In this document: piece after piece, positions 21,266 to 30,862 of the stretch
How positions within the stretch are numbered: position 1 is the stretch's first letter
Layout: the number at the start of each line of letters is the position of its first letter
DNA from: an uncultured Gemmatimonadales bacterium
GTDB lineage: Bacteria > Gemmatimonadota > Gemmatimonadetes > Longimicrobiales > Longimicrobiaceae
Length of the DNA stretch: 64,000 bases
Assembly (NCBI GenBank): GCA_963716255.1
Contig: OY970303.1
Location: forward strand, 992,001-1,056,000
Reading direction: 5' to 3'
Position numbers and translations under genes: made by a program
The notes under the pieces: model-generated
The model's input: only the letters and a program-made list of their open reading frames with translations
Databases searched by the model: none
What the model was told of the DNA's origin: nothing

Positions 21266-21274
21266 ACGACAAGG

Positions 21275-21310
21275 ATAAGCGTTGCTGATCGTCCGGTAAA
21301 CAGGTTCTAT
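21275..21310. promoter_or_regulatory. Putative OxyR operator in the divergent oxyR/catalase promoter
   Basis: AT-rich ATAA-N7-TGAT-N6-GTAA-N7-CTAT resembles the OxyR ATAG-N7-CTAT dimer motif. Confidence 0.55.
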
Positions 21311-21417
21311 TTCCGTTAATGAAAGGGGCGCGCTATTCTCGCCAGCTTGGGGAGCCGGGCCGCGACCCGGCCGCCACCCACCTCCCATGTGGAAACGACG
21401 CGAAACGGAGCGGAGCG

Positions 21418-23169
21418 ATGGACACGAAGGACGACGGCGCGCAGCAGGACGAGCGGACCCTGACCACCCGGCAGGGCCACCCGGTCTCCAACAACCAGTC
21501 GCAGCGCACCGTGGGGAGCCGCGGGCCCGCGACGCTGGAGAACTACCACTACCTGGAGAAGATCAGCCACTTCGACCGCGAGCGCATCCCCGAGCGCGTG
21601 GTGCACGCCCGCGGCTTCGTGGCGTACGGCGAGTTCGAGGCGACGGGCAGGATCGGCGACGAGCCGGCGTCCACCTACACCCGCGCCAGGCTCTTCCAGG
21701 AGGCCGGGAAGAAGACCCCGCTCGCCATCCGCTTCTCCACCGTCATCGGCGGGCGCGACTCCAGCGAGACCGCGCGCGACCCCCGCGGCTTCGCGGTGAA
21801 GTTCTACACCGAGGACGGCAACTGGGACCTGGTGGGGAACAACCTGGCGGTCTTCTTCATCCGCGACGCCGTCAAGTTCCCCGACGTCATCCACTCGCTG
21901 AAGCCGGACCCGGTGACCTTCCGCCAGGAGCCCAACCGCATCTTCGACTTCATGAGCCAGACGCCGGAATCCATGCACATGCTGACGCACCTGTTCAGCC
22001 CGCGCGGGATCCCGGCCAGCTATCGGCACATGGAGGGCTTCGGCGTCAACACCTACAAGATGGTGAACGCCGCCGGCGACACGGTGCTGGTGAAGTACCA
22101 CTTCCACCCGCGCTGCGGCCTGGCCAGCCTCACCGCCGAGGAAGCCGCCAAGGTGCAGGGGCAGGACCTGGGCTCCGCCAGCAAGGACCTGTTCGACGCC
22201 ATCGAGCGGGGCGAGCACCCGCAGTGGGACATGTACGTGCAGGTCATGGAGGACCACGACCACCCGGAGCTGGACTGGGACCCGCTGGACGACACCAAGA
22301 TCTGGCCGGAGGACCAGTTCCCGCTGCGGCACGTGGGCGTGATGACGCTCAACCGCAACGTGTCCGACTTCCACAACGAGAACGAGCAGATCGCCATGGG
22401 CACCGGCGTGCTCGTGGACGGGATGGACTTCTCGGACGACAAGATGCTGGTGGGCCGCACCTTCTCGTACTCCGACACGCAGCGCTACCGCGTGGGCCCC
22501 AACTACCTCCAGCTCCCCGTGAACCAGCCCAAGGGGGTGGACGGCCGCGTGCACACCAACCAGCGCGGCGGGCAGATGTCGTACGGCGTGGACCTGGCCC
22601 CAGGGCAGAACCCGCACGTCAACTACGAGCCCTCCATCCACGGCGGCCTCCGCGAGGCGGAGCACAAGCCGCACAACGCCCCGGAGATCCACGGGCGGCT
22701 GACCCAGAGCGTCCTCGAGCGCCGCAACGACTACGTGCAGGCGCGCGGCCGCTACAACACCATGATGGACTGGGAGCGCGACGACCTGGTCGGGAACATG
22801 GGCGGCCTGCTGGGGCAGTGCCAGCGCGACGTGCAGGAGCGGATGCTGTGGCACCTGCTGCTGGTGCACGACGACTACGGCACCCGCGTGGGCCAGGCGC
22901 TCGGCATGACCGCCGACGACGTGAAGCACCTGGAGCCGCTCCCCGGCCAGGTGCTCACCGACGAGGACCGGAGCCGCCTGGCCAAGCTGGGGAACAACGG
23001 CGACGTCATCGACCCCACCGTCTGGGGGACGTGGACCAGCTCGGTGACCAACTACCAGGCCAGCGCCGAGGAGGTGCTGTCCGGGATGCGCGTCAAGCTG
23101 GAAGGCGCGCAGGGGCTCACCCGCGACGAGCTCGCAGGCGCCGGCAACGCGCCGAACCCCATCAAGTAA
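21418..23169 (+). CDS. Monofunctional heme catalase
   Basis: [47 protein letters not shown]. Confidence 0.96.
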   Translation: MDTKDDGAQQDERTLTTRQGHPVSNNQSQRTVGSRGPATLENYHYLEKISHFDRERIPERVVHARGFVAYGEFEATGRIGDEPASTYTRARLFQEAGKKTPLAIRFSTVIGGRDSSETARDPRGFAVKFYTEDGNWDLVGNNLAVFFIRDAVKFPDVIHSLKPDPVTFRQEPNRIFDFMSQTPESMHMLTHLFSPRGIPASYRHMEGFGVNTYKMVNAAGDTVLVKYHFHPRCGLASLTAEEAAKVQGQDLGSASKDLFDAIERGEHPQWDMYVQVMEDHDHPELDWDPLDDTKIWPEDQFPLRHVGVMTLNRNVSDFHNENEQIAMGTGVLVDGMDFSDDKMLVGRTFSYSDTQRYRVGPNYLQLPVNQPKGVDGRVHTNQRGGQMSYGVDLAPGQNPHVNYEPSIHGGLREAEHKPHNAPEIHGRLTQSVLERRNDYVQARGRYNTMMDWERDDLVGNMGGLLGQCQRDVQERMLWHLLLVHDDYGTRVGQALGMTADDVKHLEPLPGQVLTDEDRSRLAKLGNNGDVIDPTVWGTWTSSVTNYQASAEEVLSGMRVKLEGAQGLTRDELAGAGNAPNPIK

Positions 23170-23194
23170 GCGGTCGGCGCTTGCGCCAGAGTTG

Positions 23195-23238
23195 AACGAC
23201 GCGAGCCCCTGCCGACGACGGCAGGGGCTCGCTCGTTT
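23195..23238 (+). terminator. Catalase terminator (left boundary of the low-GC island)
   Basis: gcgagcccctgccg-acga-cggcaggggctcgc, perfect 14-bp stem followed by tcgttt. Confidence 0.8.
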
Positions 23239-23351
23239 CGGGGAGCAGAAGTGGCTAGGCCCTTCACCCCACCCCTCACTTCCTCCCACCAAAGCAGTCT
23301 ATCACCTCGCAGAGGAAATCCCTGAACCACCGAAGTGACGGCGTAATGAAC

Positions 23352-23504
23352 TGACGGAGAGTCACCTCGGGAATCAACGAATCAGCCGCCCCAGGCGCTC
23401 AACTGACCCTGGAGGTCCATGGATCCACAAGGGATCGAGATTACTAACACCTCTACGCCAACGTAGAAGTTTGCCCAGAGCTGCAGGCAGGCAACTCTCC
23501 GTCA
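23352..23504 (-). ncRNA. Candidate RT-associated structured ncRNA with A-B-A' template
   Basis: 11-bp inverted repeat tgacggagagt (23352-23362) / actctccgtca (23494-23504); internal hairpins 23384-23399, 23405-23417, 23422-23436, 23452-23467 and 23471-23494; direct repeat gaatca-ac-gaatca at 23371-23384. Confidence 0.65.
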
Positions 23505-24914
23505 AGACGTTAAACCTACGTCGGCGTCCAAAGTAGACAAGTGGCTGTGCTTCACCCGTCCAAAGAGATCGTCGACCTGCTGCTTCGTATACCGAAGATT
23601 GGGATGCATGCGCCCCCGCCGCTCCAGATATTGCACTTTCTCGGAAAATGTATCGAAGGCATTGTAGTCGTGGATATACCCGCCTTCACGATTGTGTCGA
23701 ATTGCGTAGTATGTGCGGCTGAGGCGTTTGATATCCGCAGGTGGGCCAGCCGCAAACTCTGGCAAGCGGCGGAAGAAGCTCCTGATGATCGCGTCCATCT
23801 TGTGCAGTAGCTCCATATCTGTGATCTCTTGGAAATAGAATAGCCAGCCATATTGGCGATTCCCATCGAATGCTCCTGTGATGCGCTCGTTTAGGTCCTC
23901 CACGAATACCTGTTGGATTACTTCTGGCGTGAGCCATGGATGCCGCGCACGATATGCAGCTGTACCCCGCAAGTGGCGGGTGAAGAGGCCTGCGACTGTC
24001 TGAATGTACCGGTCAATGCTGGCTTGCCTGACAGAAACCCGATGAGGCTCAAGCCGATAGCCGAGATACTCTATCGGCCTATCAGCCATATCCTTGACGG
24101 TTTTTTCTTGGTTCCTTTGCAACCCTATTGAATGAAGCTCGTCATCAATCAGCCTTTCAATCGAATCCGTGTCCCCAGCGTCAACAACAACGAGCAAGTC
24201 ATCTACGTAGCGAAAGTACTGTACTGCCTGTGCTTCGATAGCCTCATCAAAATCGGCGAGATAAATCCCTGCGAGAATGTTAGAGACCGCAAGCCCCTGG
24301 GGTACTCCTCTCGCGTTGCGCCCTTCGCGATGCTGGACTCGTCTATTGGTCGACGGGACAGTAGGAGTCGTGATTGCCTGTTCAATAAGTCTGAGAGCAA
24401 TTGGAGATTGAATCCGGACCGCAAGCTTGTCCAAGAGTTTGTGATGATCAATGGAATCATAAAAGTTCTGTATGTCCGACCGAACACAAGCCATCTCGGA
24501 AAGCTTCTGCTCGGCAAGAGTTCCTTTCAACTGGCGGATAAGTGCGTTCGGCAGTTGTTTCCCTATGCATTCAGGGAATACCTGATGGAGAAGCTGCTTA
24601 AGTATGCTTAGAACAATTCGATCCCGCACAGTCGGAATAGAGATGACACGAGGCACCCGATTTCGACCCTTGGATTTCAGAACTTCCACATATCTTGAGA
24701 ATTGATATGTTCCAGCAATGCACTTTCTGCTGATGATGTCGATCTGCTGATCCTTCTGTAATTCAAATCGAGTGGGGCTTAACCGATCTATCCCGACAGT
24801 TGTCGAACTAACTATCTCACCCATATATGTGAACAAGATATTCAGCGGATCGAACAAAACAGAAAGAGCAACACCCTCCGTGGAGACTCCGACAGTCGAG
24901 AAGGGAAGTGCCAT
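23502..24914 (-). CDS. Defense-associated reverse transcriptase (UG17/DRT10-like)
   Basis: GID, KGRNRVPRVISIPTVRDRI, SDIQNFYDSIDH, GVPQGLAVSNILA, YFRYVDD, EYLGY; long helical C-terminus; start uncertain (ATG at 24914 chosen). Confidence 0.9.
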   Translation of the reverse strand: MALPFSTVGVSTEGVALSVLFDPLNILFTYMGEIVSSTTVGIDRLSPTRFELQKDQQIDIISRKCIAGTYQFSRYVEVLKSKGRNRVPRVISIPTVRDRIVLSILKQLLHQVFPECIGKQLPNALIRQLKGTLAEQKLSEMACVRSDIQNFYDSIDHHKLLDKLAVRIQSPIALRLIEQAITTPTVPSTNRRVQHREGRNARGVPQGLAVSNILAGIYLADFDEAIEAQAVQYFRYVDDLLVVVDAGDTDSIERLIDDELHSIGLQRNQEKTVKDMADRPIEYLGYRLEPHRVSVRQASIDRYIQTVAGLFTRHLRGTAAYRARHPWLTPEVIQQVFVEDLNERITGAFDGNRQYGWLFYFQEITDMELLHKMDAIIRSFFRRLPEFAAGPPADIKRLSRTYYAIRHNREGGYIHDYNAFDTFSEKVQYLERRGRMHPNLRYTKQQVDDLFGRVKHSHLSTLDADVGLTS

Positions 24915-24949
24915 GCCGTAGCGCCTCGAGTAAAGCCGTTCCAAGTGAT

Positions 24950-25561
24950 TCAAGCGAGCATCAGCCAGATAGTCCCAAAGAAGACCAGGAAAATCAGCAC
25001 GTATGGCGAAAACGCGAACAGGTACCATGCTGCCGTCGAAAAAAGCCCCCACCTGTACTTCCATTTACCCGGATAGTACCACAGCGGCTCGTCCAACTTA
25101 GTTCGATAGTAATCGAGATTTGCGTGGTTCTCGTGAGCTCTGAGAATGGCGTAATAGCGCTCGCGATCTCGATGATAATCCTCGGCAGCGGTGGATGTGT
25201 GTGAGTCCTTACGAAACTCGATTTCACGGCCAAGATCCGCGAGATCAAGTCCGCACGCGTGCATCCTCTCTGCTCGGACTGCGAAGTTATCCATTCCAAT
25301 TAGGAGTGAGAATACCAGCACCAACACCGCTAGTGCAACCTGTATAACATTCAGAAGTTGCGGGCCAAATCTTGTGAGCGCACCAAGAGCCTGCATTAGT
25401 GGGATGATAATGAGCACGACCGACAGGAGCGCAATCGTCCATTGCGAGAATCGGGCATGGGCACCTAGCCGACGAGCTGCTAGGAATCGTATCCGTGAGG
25501 TCTTAGTAATCCGCCTGTGTAGCTCGTCGTAGGGATCACCCTGTGCTGCCGAAGCGTTCAT
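24950..25561 (-). CDS. SLATT-domain membrane protein (SLATT_5-like effector)
   Basis: LHRRITKTSRIRFLAARRL..SQWTIALLS N-terminus, two TM helices, RAERMHACG..Y..IL..HENH, plus a C-terminal TM; immediately upstream of the RT. Confidence 0.82.
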   Translation of the reverse strand: MNASAAQGDPYDELHRRITKTSRIRFLAARRLGAHARFSQWTIALLSVVLIIIPLMQALGALTRFGPQLLNVIQVALAVLVLVFSLLIGMDNFAVRAERMHACGLDLADLGREIEFRKDSHTSTAAEDYHRDRERYYAILRAHENHANLDYYRTKLDEPLWYYPGKWKYRWGLFSTAAWYLFAFSPYVLIFLVFFGTIWLMLA

Positions 25562-25741
25562 CGCTGGACTGAGAACCCCGAGAAAGTGATGGGCCAGCAT
25601 GCGTCCAAGTAAAGTGAAGCCTATAGTTAACCCGGTCAAGAGGCTGGATAAACAGAAGACAAACCTGGCGGAAAGATGTTGGCGCACGCTACTGTGCTCC
25701 TTACCTACGCCGTAGAAAACGGTGGCGGGCAAATAGGCGTA

Positions 25742-25773
25742 AGCCCCGCCGCAGCACGGGCCACGGCGGGGCT
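25742..25773 (-). terminator. Hairpin downstream of tal (right boundary of the island)
   Basis: 10-bp inverted repeat agccccgccg...cggcggggct. Confidence 0.55.
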
Positions 25774-25835
25774 AAGTCCATCCGGACCGGCGGGCATTCC
25801 GAGCGGGGCCGCCCCACGCGCGGATGCCGCGGCGG

Positions 25836-27017
25836 CTACGCCCGCCCGGCCACCCTCCCTACCTTCTCGCCCACCGTCGCAAGCATCTCGCGGAAGGACT
25901 TGGCGAACTTGTCCACCCCCTCCACCTGCAGCTGCTCCGTCACCGCGCCCAGGTCCACCCCCAGCGATGCCAGCGCGGCCAGCTCCTCGCGGGCGCGGTC
26001 CAGCTCCGCGTCCACCGTGCGCCGTGCGACGCCGTGGTCCGCGAACGCCTCCACCGTGGCGAGCGGCATGGTGTTCACGGTGTCCGGCCCGATCAGCTCC
26101 TCCACGTAGATCACGTCCCGGTACTCCGGGTTCTTGGTGGAGGTGCTCGCCCACAGCGGCCGCTGGATCTGCGCGCCGGCGGCCTTCAGCCGCGCCCAGC
26201 GCTCCCCGCCGAAGGTTTCCTGGAAGCGGGCGTACGCCACCTTGGCGTTGTCGATCGCCGCGCGCCCCATCAGCGACTTCGCCCGCTTCTTCCGCTCCTC
26301 GTCCGCGTCGCCCCCGGCGATCTTCCCGAGCTGCGCGTCCACCGCCGAGTCCACGCGCGACACGAAGAACGACGCCACCGAGGCCACCCGCTCCACCGGC
26401 TCCCCCGCGTCCACGCGGCGCTCGATGCCGCGCAGGAACGCCTCCATCACCCGCTCGTAGCCCTGGAGCGAGAAGAGCAGCGTCACGTTGACGTTGATCC
26501 CCTCCGAGAGCAGCTGCTCGATGGCCGGGAGCCCCGCCTCCGTGCCGGGCACCTTGATCATCACGTTGGGGCGGTCCACCCACTTCCACAGGCGGCGCGC
26601 GTCGGCCAGCGTCCCCTCGGTGTCGTGCGCCAGCTCCGGCGACACCTCCAGCGACACGAAGCCGTCCGTGCCCCCCGAGGCGTCGTGCACCCCGCGGAAC
26701 AGGTCCGCGGCGCGCTGGATGTCGGACACGGCCAGCCGCTCGTACGCGGCCTCGCCGCCCAGCCCCTCCCCCGCCAGCCGCTCCAGCTCCTCGTCGTAGT
26801 CGGTGCTGTCGCCGATGGCCTGCTCGAAGATGGACGGGTTGGAGGTGACCCCGCGCAGGTCGAAGTCGCGGATCATCCGCTCCAGCTCGCCGTTCTCCAG
26901 GATCCCGCGGCGGATGTAGTCCAGCCACACGCTCTGCCCCTGCCCGTGCAGCTCGTGAAGCGGGTTGCGGCCGCCCTGCTCCACCGCGTCCGTGGGGTGC
27001 TTGCTCCCTGTCTCCAT
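25836..27017 (-). CDS. tal: Transaldolase (type 2)
   Basis: GQSVWLD, GVTSNPSIF, NVMIKVP, ASFFVSRVD, LWASTSTKNP. Confidence 0.95.
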   Translation of the reverse strand: METGSKHPTDAVEQGGRNPLHELHGQGQSVWLDYIRRGILENGELERMIRDFDLRGVTSNPSIFEQAIGDSTDYDEELERLAGEGLGGEAAYERLAVSDIQRAADLFRGVHDASGGTDGFVSLEVSPELAHDTEGTLADARRLWKWVDRPNVMIKVPGTEAGLPAIEQLLSEGINVNVTLLFSLQGYERVMEAFLRGIERRVDAGEPVERVASVASFFVSRVDSAVDAQLGKIAGGDADEERKKRAKSLMGRAAIDNAKVAYARFQETFGGERWARLKAAGAQIQRPLWASTSTKNPEYRDVIYVEELIGPDTVNTMPLATVEAFADHGVARRTVDAELDRAREELAALASLGVDLGAVTEQLQVEGVDKFAKSFREMLATVGEKVGRVAGRA

Positions 27018-27058
27018 CGTATCCTCCCGCGCGGCCAGGCCGCTGATGTGGTTCGTGG

Positions 27059-29173
27059 TTACCCGCCGTGCCCGCCCGAGCGCTCGTCGCTGCCGTGGCG
27101 CGTGGGCCCGGCCGCGGCCAGGCCGTCCTCCAGCTCCGGGGAATCCCCCTCCAGCCCCAGCGCCTGCCGTGCCTTGGCCGCCACGTTCTCGGCGGTGAAG
27201 CCCAGCTCGTGGAAGATGTTCTTTGCCGGGGCCGAGGCGCCGAAGTGGCTGATCCCCACCACCTGCCCCTCCGTGCCCACCCAGCGGTGCCACCCCATGG
27301 GGCTCGCCGCCTCCACGGCGACCCGCGCGGCCACCTGCGGCGGGAGCACCTCGTCGCGGTACTCGCGCGGCTGGCGCGCGAACAGCGTCCAGCTGGGCAT
27401 GCTCACCACCCGCGCCTGGATCCCCTCGCCGCGCAGGCGCTCGCGGGCGGCCATCGCCACCTCCACCTCCGAGCCGCTGGCGATCAGCAGCACGTCGGGG
27501 CGGCCGCCCTCCGCGTCGGCGAGGACGTAGGCGCCGCGGACGAGGCCGGACGCGGGCGCGTACAGGTTGCGGTCCAGGTTGGGGACCGCCTGGCGGGTGA
27601 GCGCCAGGAACGCGGGGCCCTCGCGGTACGTCATCAGGAAGCGCCACGCCTCCGTGGTCTCGGCGCCGTCGGCGGGGCGCAGGTCCACCAGGCCCGGGAT
27701 TCCCCGCAGCGCGGCGAGCTGCTCGATGGGCTGGTGCGTGGGCCCGTCCTCGCCCAGCCCCACGGAGTCGTGGGTGAACACGTAGATGGTGGGCTGCTCC
27801 ATCAGCGCCGCCAGGCGGATGGGGGGGCGCATGTAGTCGGAGAAGATCAGGAAGGTGCCGCCGAAGACGCGCACGCCCCCGTGCAGCGTCATCCCGTTCA
27901 TCAGCGACCCCATGGCGTGCTCCCGCACCCCGAAGTGCAGGATGCGCCCCCCGTAGCTCGCGGGCCCGAAGTCCTCCGCCCCCGTGATGCTGGTGTTGTT
28001 GGAGGGGGCCAGGTCCGCCGAGCCGCCCATCAGCCAGGGCGCCTTGGCCGCGATGGCGTTGATCGCCTTGCCGGAGGCGGCGCGCGTCGCCAGCGGCTTG
28101 TCCTGGGCCGTGTACTGCGGCAGCTCCGCGTCCCACCCCTCGGGGAGGCGCAGCTCCAGCGCGGCGGCCAGCGCCTCGGCGGCGTCGGGGTGGGCGGCCT
28201 GGAAGGCGGCGCGGCGGCGCTCCCACTCGCCCTGCATCTCCTGGCCGCGCTCCACGGCCCCGCGCATGTGCGCCAGCGCCTCCTCGGGGACGAAGAAGGG
28301 CTCGGCCGACGGCCACCCCAGCGCCTTTTTGGTGAGGGCGACCTCCTCCTCGCCCAGCGCCTCGCCGTGCGCCTTCGCGGTCCCGGCGCGGTTGGGCGAG
28401 CCGAAGCCGATGATGGTGCGCACCCCGATCATGGACGGGCGCGGGTCGGCCTTCGCGGCCTCGATGGCGGCGTCGATGGCCTCCAGGTCGTTGCCGTCGG
28501 CCACCTTCAGGGTGTGCCAGCCGTACGCGTCGAAGCGGGCCAGCACGTCCTCGGTGAACGCCAGGTCGGTGGAGCCCTCGATGGTGATGCTGTTGTCGTC
28601 CCAGAAGTAGATCAGCTTTCCCAGCCCCAGCTGCCCGGCGATCGAGGCGGCCTCCGCGGCCACCCCCTCCATCAGGTCGCCGTCCGAGCAGATGGCGTAC
28701 ACGTGGTGGTCGATCACCTCGTGACCGGGGCGGTTGTGGAGCGCGGCCAGGTGCGCCTCCGCCATCGCCATCCCCACCCCGTTGGCGAACCCCTGCCCCA
28801 GCGGGCCGGTAGTGGTCTCCACGCCGTCCGTGAGCCCGTACTCGGGGTGCCCCGGCGTCCGGCTCTCCCACTGGCGGAAGTCGCGCAGGTCGTCCAGCGT
28901 CAGGCCGTACCCGGTGAGGTAGAGGAGCGAGTACAGGAGCATGGACGCGTGCCCCGCCGACAGGACGAAGCGGTCGCGGTCGGTCCACTTGGGGTCGCGC
29001 GGGTTGTGGCGCAGGTGCCGCGTCCACAGGGTGTAGGCCAGCGGCGCCAGCGCCATGGGCGTGCCCGGGTGCCCCGAGTTCGCCTTCTGCACCGCGTCCA
29101 TGGACAGGGTGCGGATGGTGTCGATGCAGAGCTGGTCCAGCGCGCTCCGGTCCGTCGTCGTGGAGGAAGCCAT
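27059..29173 (-). CDS. tkt: Transketolase
   Basis: [45 protein letters not shown]. Confidence 0.97.
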   Translation of the reverse strand: MASSTTTDRSALDQLCIDTIRTLSMDAVQKANSGHPGTPMALAPLAYTLWTRHLRHNPRDPKWTDRDRFVLSAGHASMLLYSLLYLTGYGLTLDDLRDFRQWESRTPGHPEYGLTDGVETTTGPLGQGFANGVGMAMAEAHLAALHNRPGHEVIDHHVYAICSDGDLMEGVAAEAASIAGQLGLGKLIYFWDDNSITIEGSTDLAFTEDVLARFDAYGWHTLKVADGNDLEAIDAAIEAAKADPRPSMIGVRTIIGFGSPNRAGTAKAHGEALGEEEVALTKKALGWPSAEPFFVPEEALAHMRGAVERGQEMQGEWERRRAAFQAAHPDAAEALAAALELRLPEGWDAELPQYTAQDKPLATRAASGKAINAIAAKAPWLMGGSADLAPSNNTSITGAEDFGPASYGGRILHFGVREHAMGSLMNGMTLHGGVRVFGGTFLIFSDYMRPPIRLAALMEQPTIYVFTHDSVGLGEDGPTHQPIEQLAALRGIPGLVDLRPADGAETTEAWRFLMTYREGPAFLALTRQAVPNLDRNLYAPASGLVRGAYVLADAEGGRPDVLLIASGSEVEVAMAARERLRGEGIQARVVSMPSWTLFARQPREYRDEVLPPQVAARVAVEAASPMGWHRWVGTEGQVVGISHFGASAPAKNIFHELGFTAENVAAKARQALGLEGDSPELEDGLAAAGPTRHGSDERSGGHGG

Positions 29174-29209
29174 CGGGTCTCCGGAAGTCGTTTTCGTTGT
29201 CGGGGTCCT

Positions 29210-30727
29210 TCAGCCCGCCGCGCGGCGGGCGGCGGGCGCGAGCCCGGCCAGGCGCGCCTCGGCGTCCTCGTGGCGGGCGCGTGCCCGGCGGTGGAGGGCG
29301 CCGCGGGCGGGGTCCGGCTCGCGGGTCTCGGCGGGCGGGTCCGCGTCGCCCGGGGGAGCCCCCAGCCGCTCCAGCGCCACCAGCGCGGCGCCCCGGCTGG
29401 TCGCCTCGCGCTCCGCGGCCAGCACCACCCGGCGCCCCAGCGCGTCGGCCAGGATCCGCCTCCACGCGGGCGACGCATGCATCGCGCCCCCGCTGGCGAC
29501 CACCTCGTCGCAGGGGCCCAGCGCGCCCTCCAGCGCGTCCAGCGCCGCGCCGATGCGGTAGGCGCACCCCTCCATCCAGGCGCGCAGCACCTCCGTCGGG
29601 AGGGTGGCCTGGGTGAGGCCCAGGATGGAGGCGCCGGCCCACTGCTCCCAGCCGGGGCCGCGGTCCCCCAGGAGCGCGGGGAGCACCGTCAGCCCGTGCG
29701 CGTCCGGCTCCATCGCCGCCACCTCGGCCTCGGCCGCGTCGGGCGCGGGGAGGCGGAAGCGCTGCCGCAGCCAGGCCACGCCGTTGCCGCCGCTGGAAAG
29801 GGCGCGCCCCATCACCAGCCGGCGCCCGTCCAGCCGGTAGCACCACAGGCCGGCGGGGATGGCGACGGGCTCGCTCTCCCAAAGGGCGCGCACCGCCGCC
29901 GAGGTCCCCACCGTCACCGCCGGCCGCCGCGTCCCGGTCGCGCCGCTCCCCAGGCTGGCGCAGGCGCCGTCCCCCAGCGGCGGGACCCAGGGGACTCCGC
30001 GCAGCGCGGGCCAGCGCCGCTCCCACTCCGGGCGGAGCGCCGGGGCCGGGGCGTCCGTGTCCACCAGCGGGGAGAGCGCGGCCTCCGGGACTCCCACCGC
30101 CGCCAGCATCTCCGCGTCCCAGGTGCCCCGGCGCAGCTCCAGCAGCCCCGATCCCGAGGCCATGGAGAGCGAGCAGCGCCGCTCGCCGAAGAGCCGCGTC
30201 TCCAGGTACTCTCCGAACGACATCCAGGCGGCGACGCGCGGGAAGGTATCAGCCGCGGCTCCGCGGAGCCAGAGAAGCCGGGCGGCCGGGTAGCTGGGGT
30301 GCAGGAAGCACCCGGTGCGCGCGTGCGCCGCCGCGGCGTCCACCCGCTCGCGCAGCCGCAGCGCCGCGTCCGAGGCGCGCATGTCGCCCCAGCCGTACAG
30401 CGGGGTGAGGGGCGCGCCGTCGGCACCCACGCCCAGCAGCGAATGCCAGAAGGTGGCCGCCGCCACCGCCGCCACCTCCACCCCCGCCGCCCGGAGCCCG
30501 GCGAGCGCGGCGTCCACCGTCCCGGCCACCCGCGCCACCAGCGCGTCCGCGTCCGTCTGCATCCCCCCGTCCGGGGTGATCGTCCACGCGTACGCGTCGC
30601 TCGCGGTGGGGACGGAGGCGAGGGCGCGCCCGTCCATCCCGTACGCCCGCGCGCGCGCGGAGGAGCTCCCCACGTCCAGCGCGAGCACGCAGGGTCCTGC
30701 TCGGGGGTCGGGCGCGGCCAGGGGCAT
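29210..30727 (-). CDS. gntK: FGGY-family carbohydrate kinase (gluconokinase)
   Basis: LDVGSSSARA, LGDGACASLGSG, VGTSAAVR, GLWCYRLD; upstream of tkt-tal. Confidence 0.8.
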   Translation of the reverse strand: MPLAAPDPRAGPCVLALDVGSSSARARAYGMDGRALASVPTASDAYAWTITPDGGMQTDADALVARVAGTVDAALAGLRAAGVEVAAVAAATFWHSLLGVGADGAPLTPLYGWGDMRASDAALRLRERVDAAAAHARTGCFLHPSYPAARLLWLRGAAADTFPRVAAWMSFGEYLETRLFGERRCSLSMASGSGLLELRRGTWDAEMLAAVGVPEAALSPLVDTDAPAPALRPEWERRWPALRGVPWVPPLGDGACASLGSGATGTRRPAVTVGTSAAVRALWESEPVAIPAGLWCYRLDGRRLVMGRALSSGGNGVAWLRQRFRLPAPDAAEAEVAAMEPDAHGLTVLPALLGDRGPGWEQWAGASILGLTQATLPTEVLRAWMEGCAYRIGAALDALEGALGPCDEVVASGGAMHASPAWRRILADALGRRVVLAAEREATSRGAALVALERLGAPPGDADPPAETREPDPARGALHRRARARHEDAEARLAGLAPAARRAAG

Positions 30728-30862
30728 GGGCAGCAGGACGGTGGAGGACGTGGGACAATCTACGGAGCGGCCGGCCGCCGTCCAGCGGCGGCCGGAAGGC
30801 GAAGGGGGGCGCCCCGGAAGATCCGGAGCGCCCCCGCACCCGCCCGTCCCGCCGCCGGCCGG

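Noticed and set aside
24132..24611. 159-aa plus-strand ORF inside the RT
   Set aside because: Fully antisense to the RT core, with no motifs or clear RBS.
23352..24914. Retron (msr/msd with a1/a2 repeats)
   Set aside because: The inverted repeat is downstream of the RT, there is no long msd hairpin, and the RT lacks the retron NAxxH and VTG motifs.
23502..24914. Group II intron or DGR reverse transcriptase
   Set aside because: No recognisable intron domain V/VI or interrupted gene, and no TR/VR repeat pair or Avd-like gene. The SLATT partner points to a defence RT.
25562..25732. N-terminal extension of the SLATT ORF
   Set aside because: The family-like sequence starts near ATG 25561; the upstream part looks like promoter/leader.
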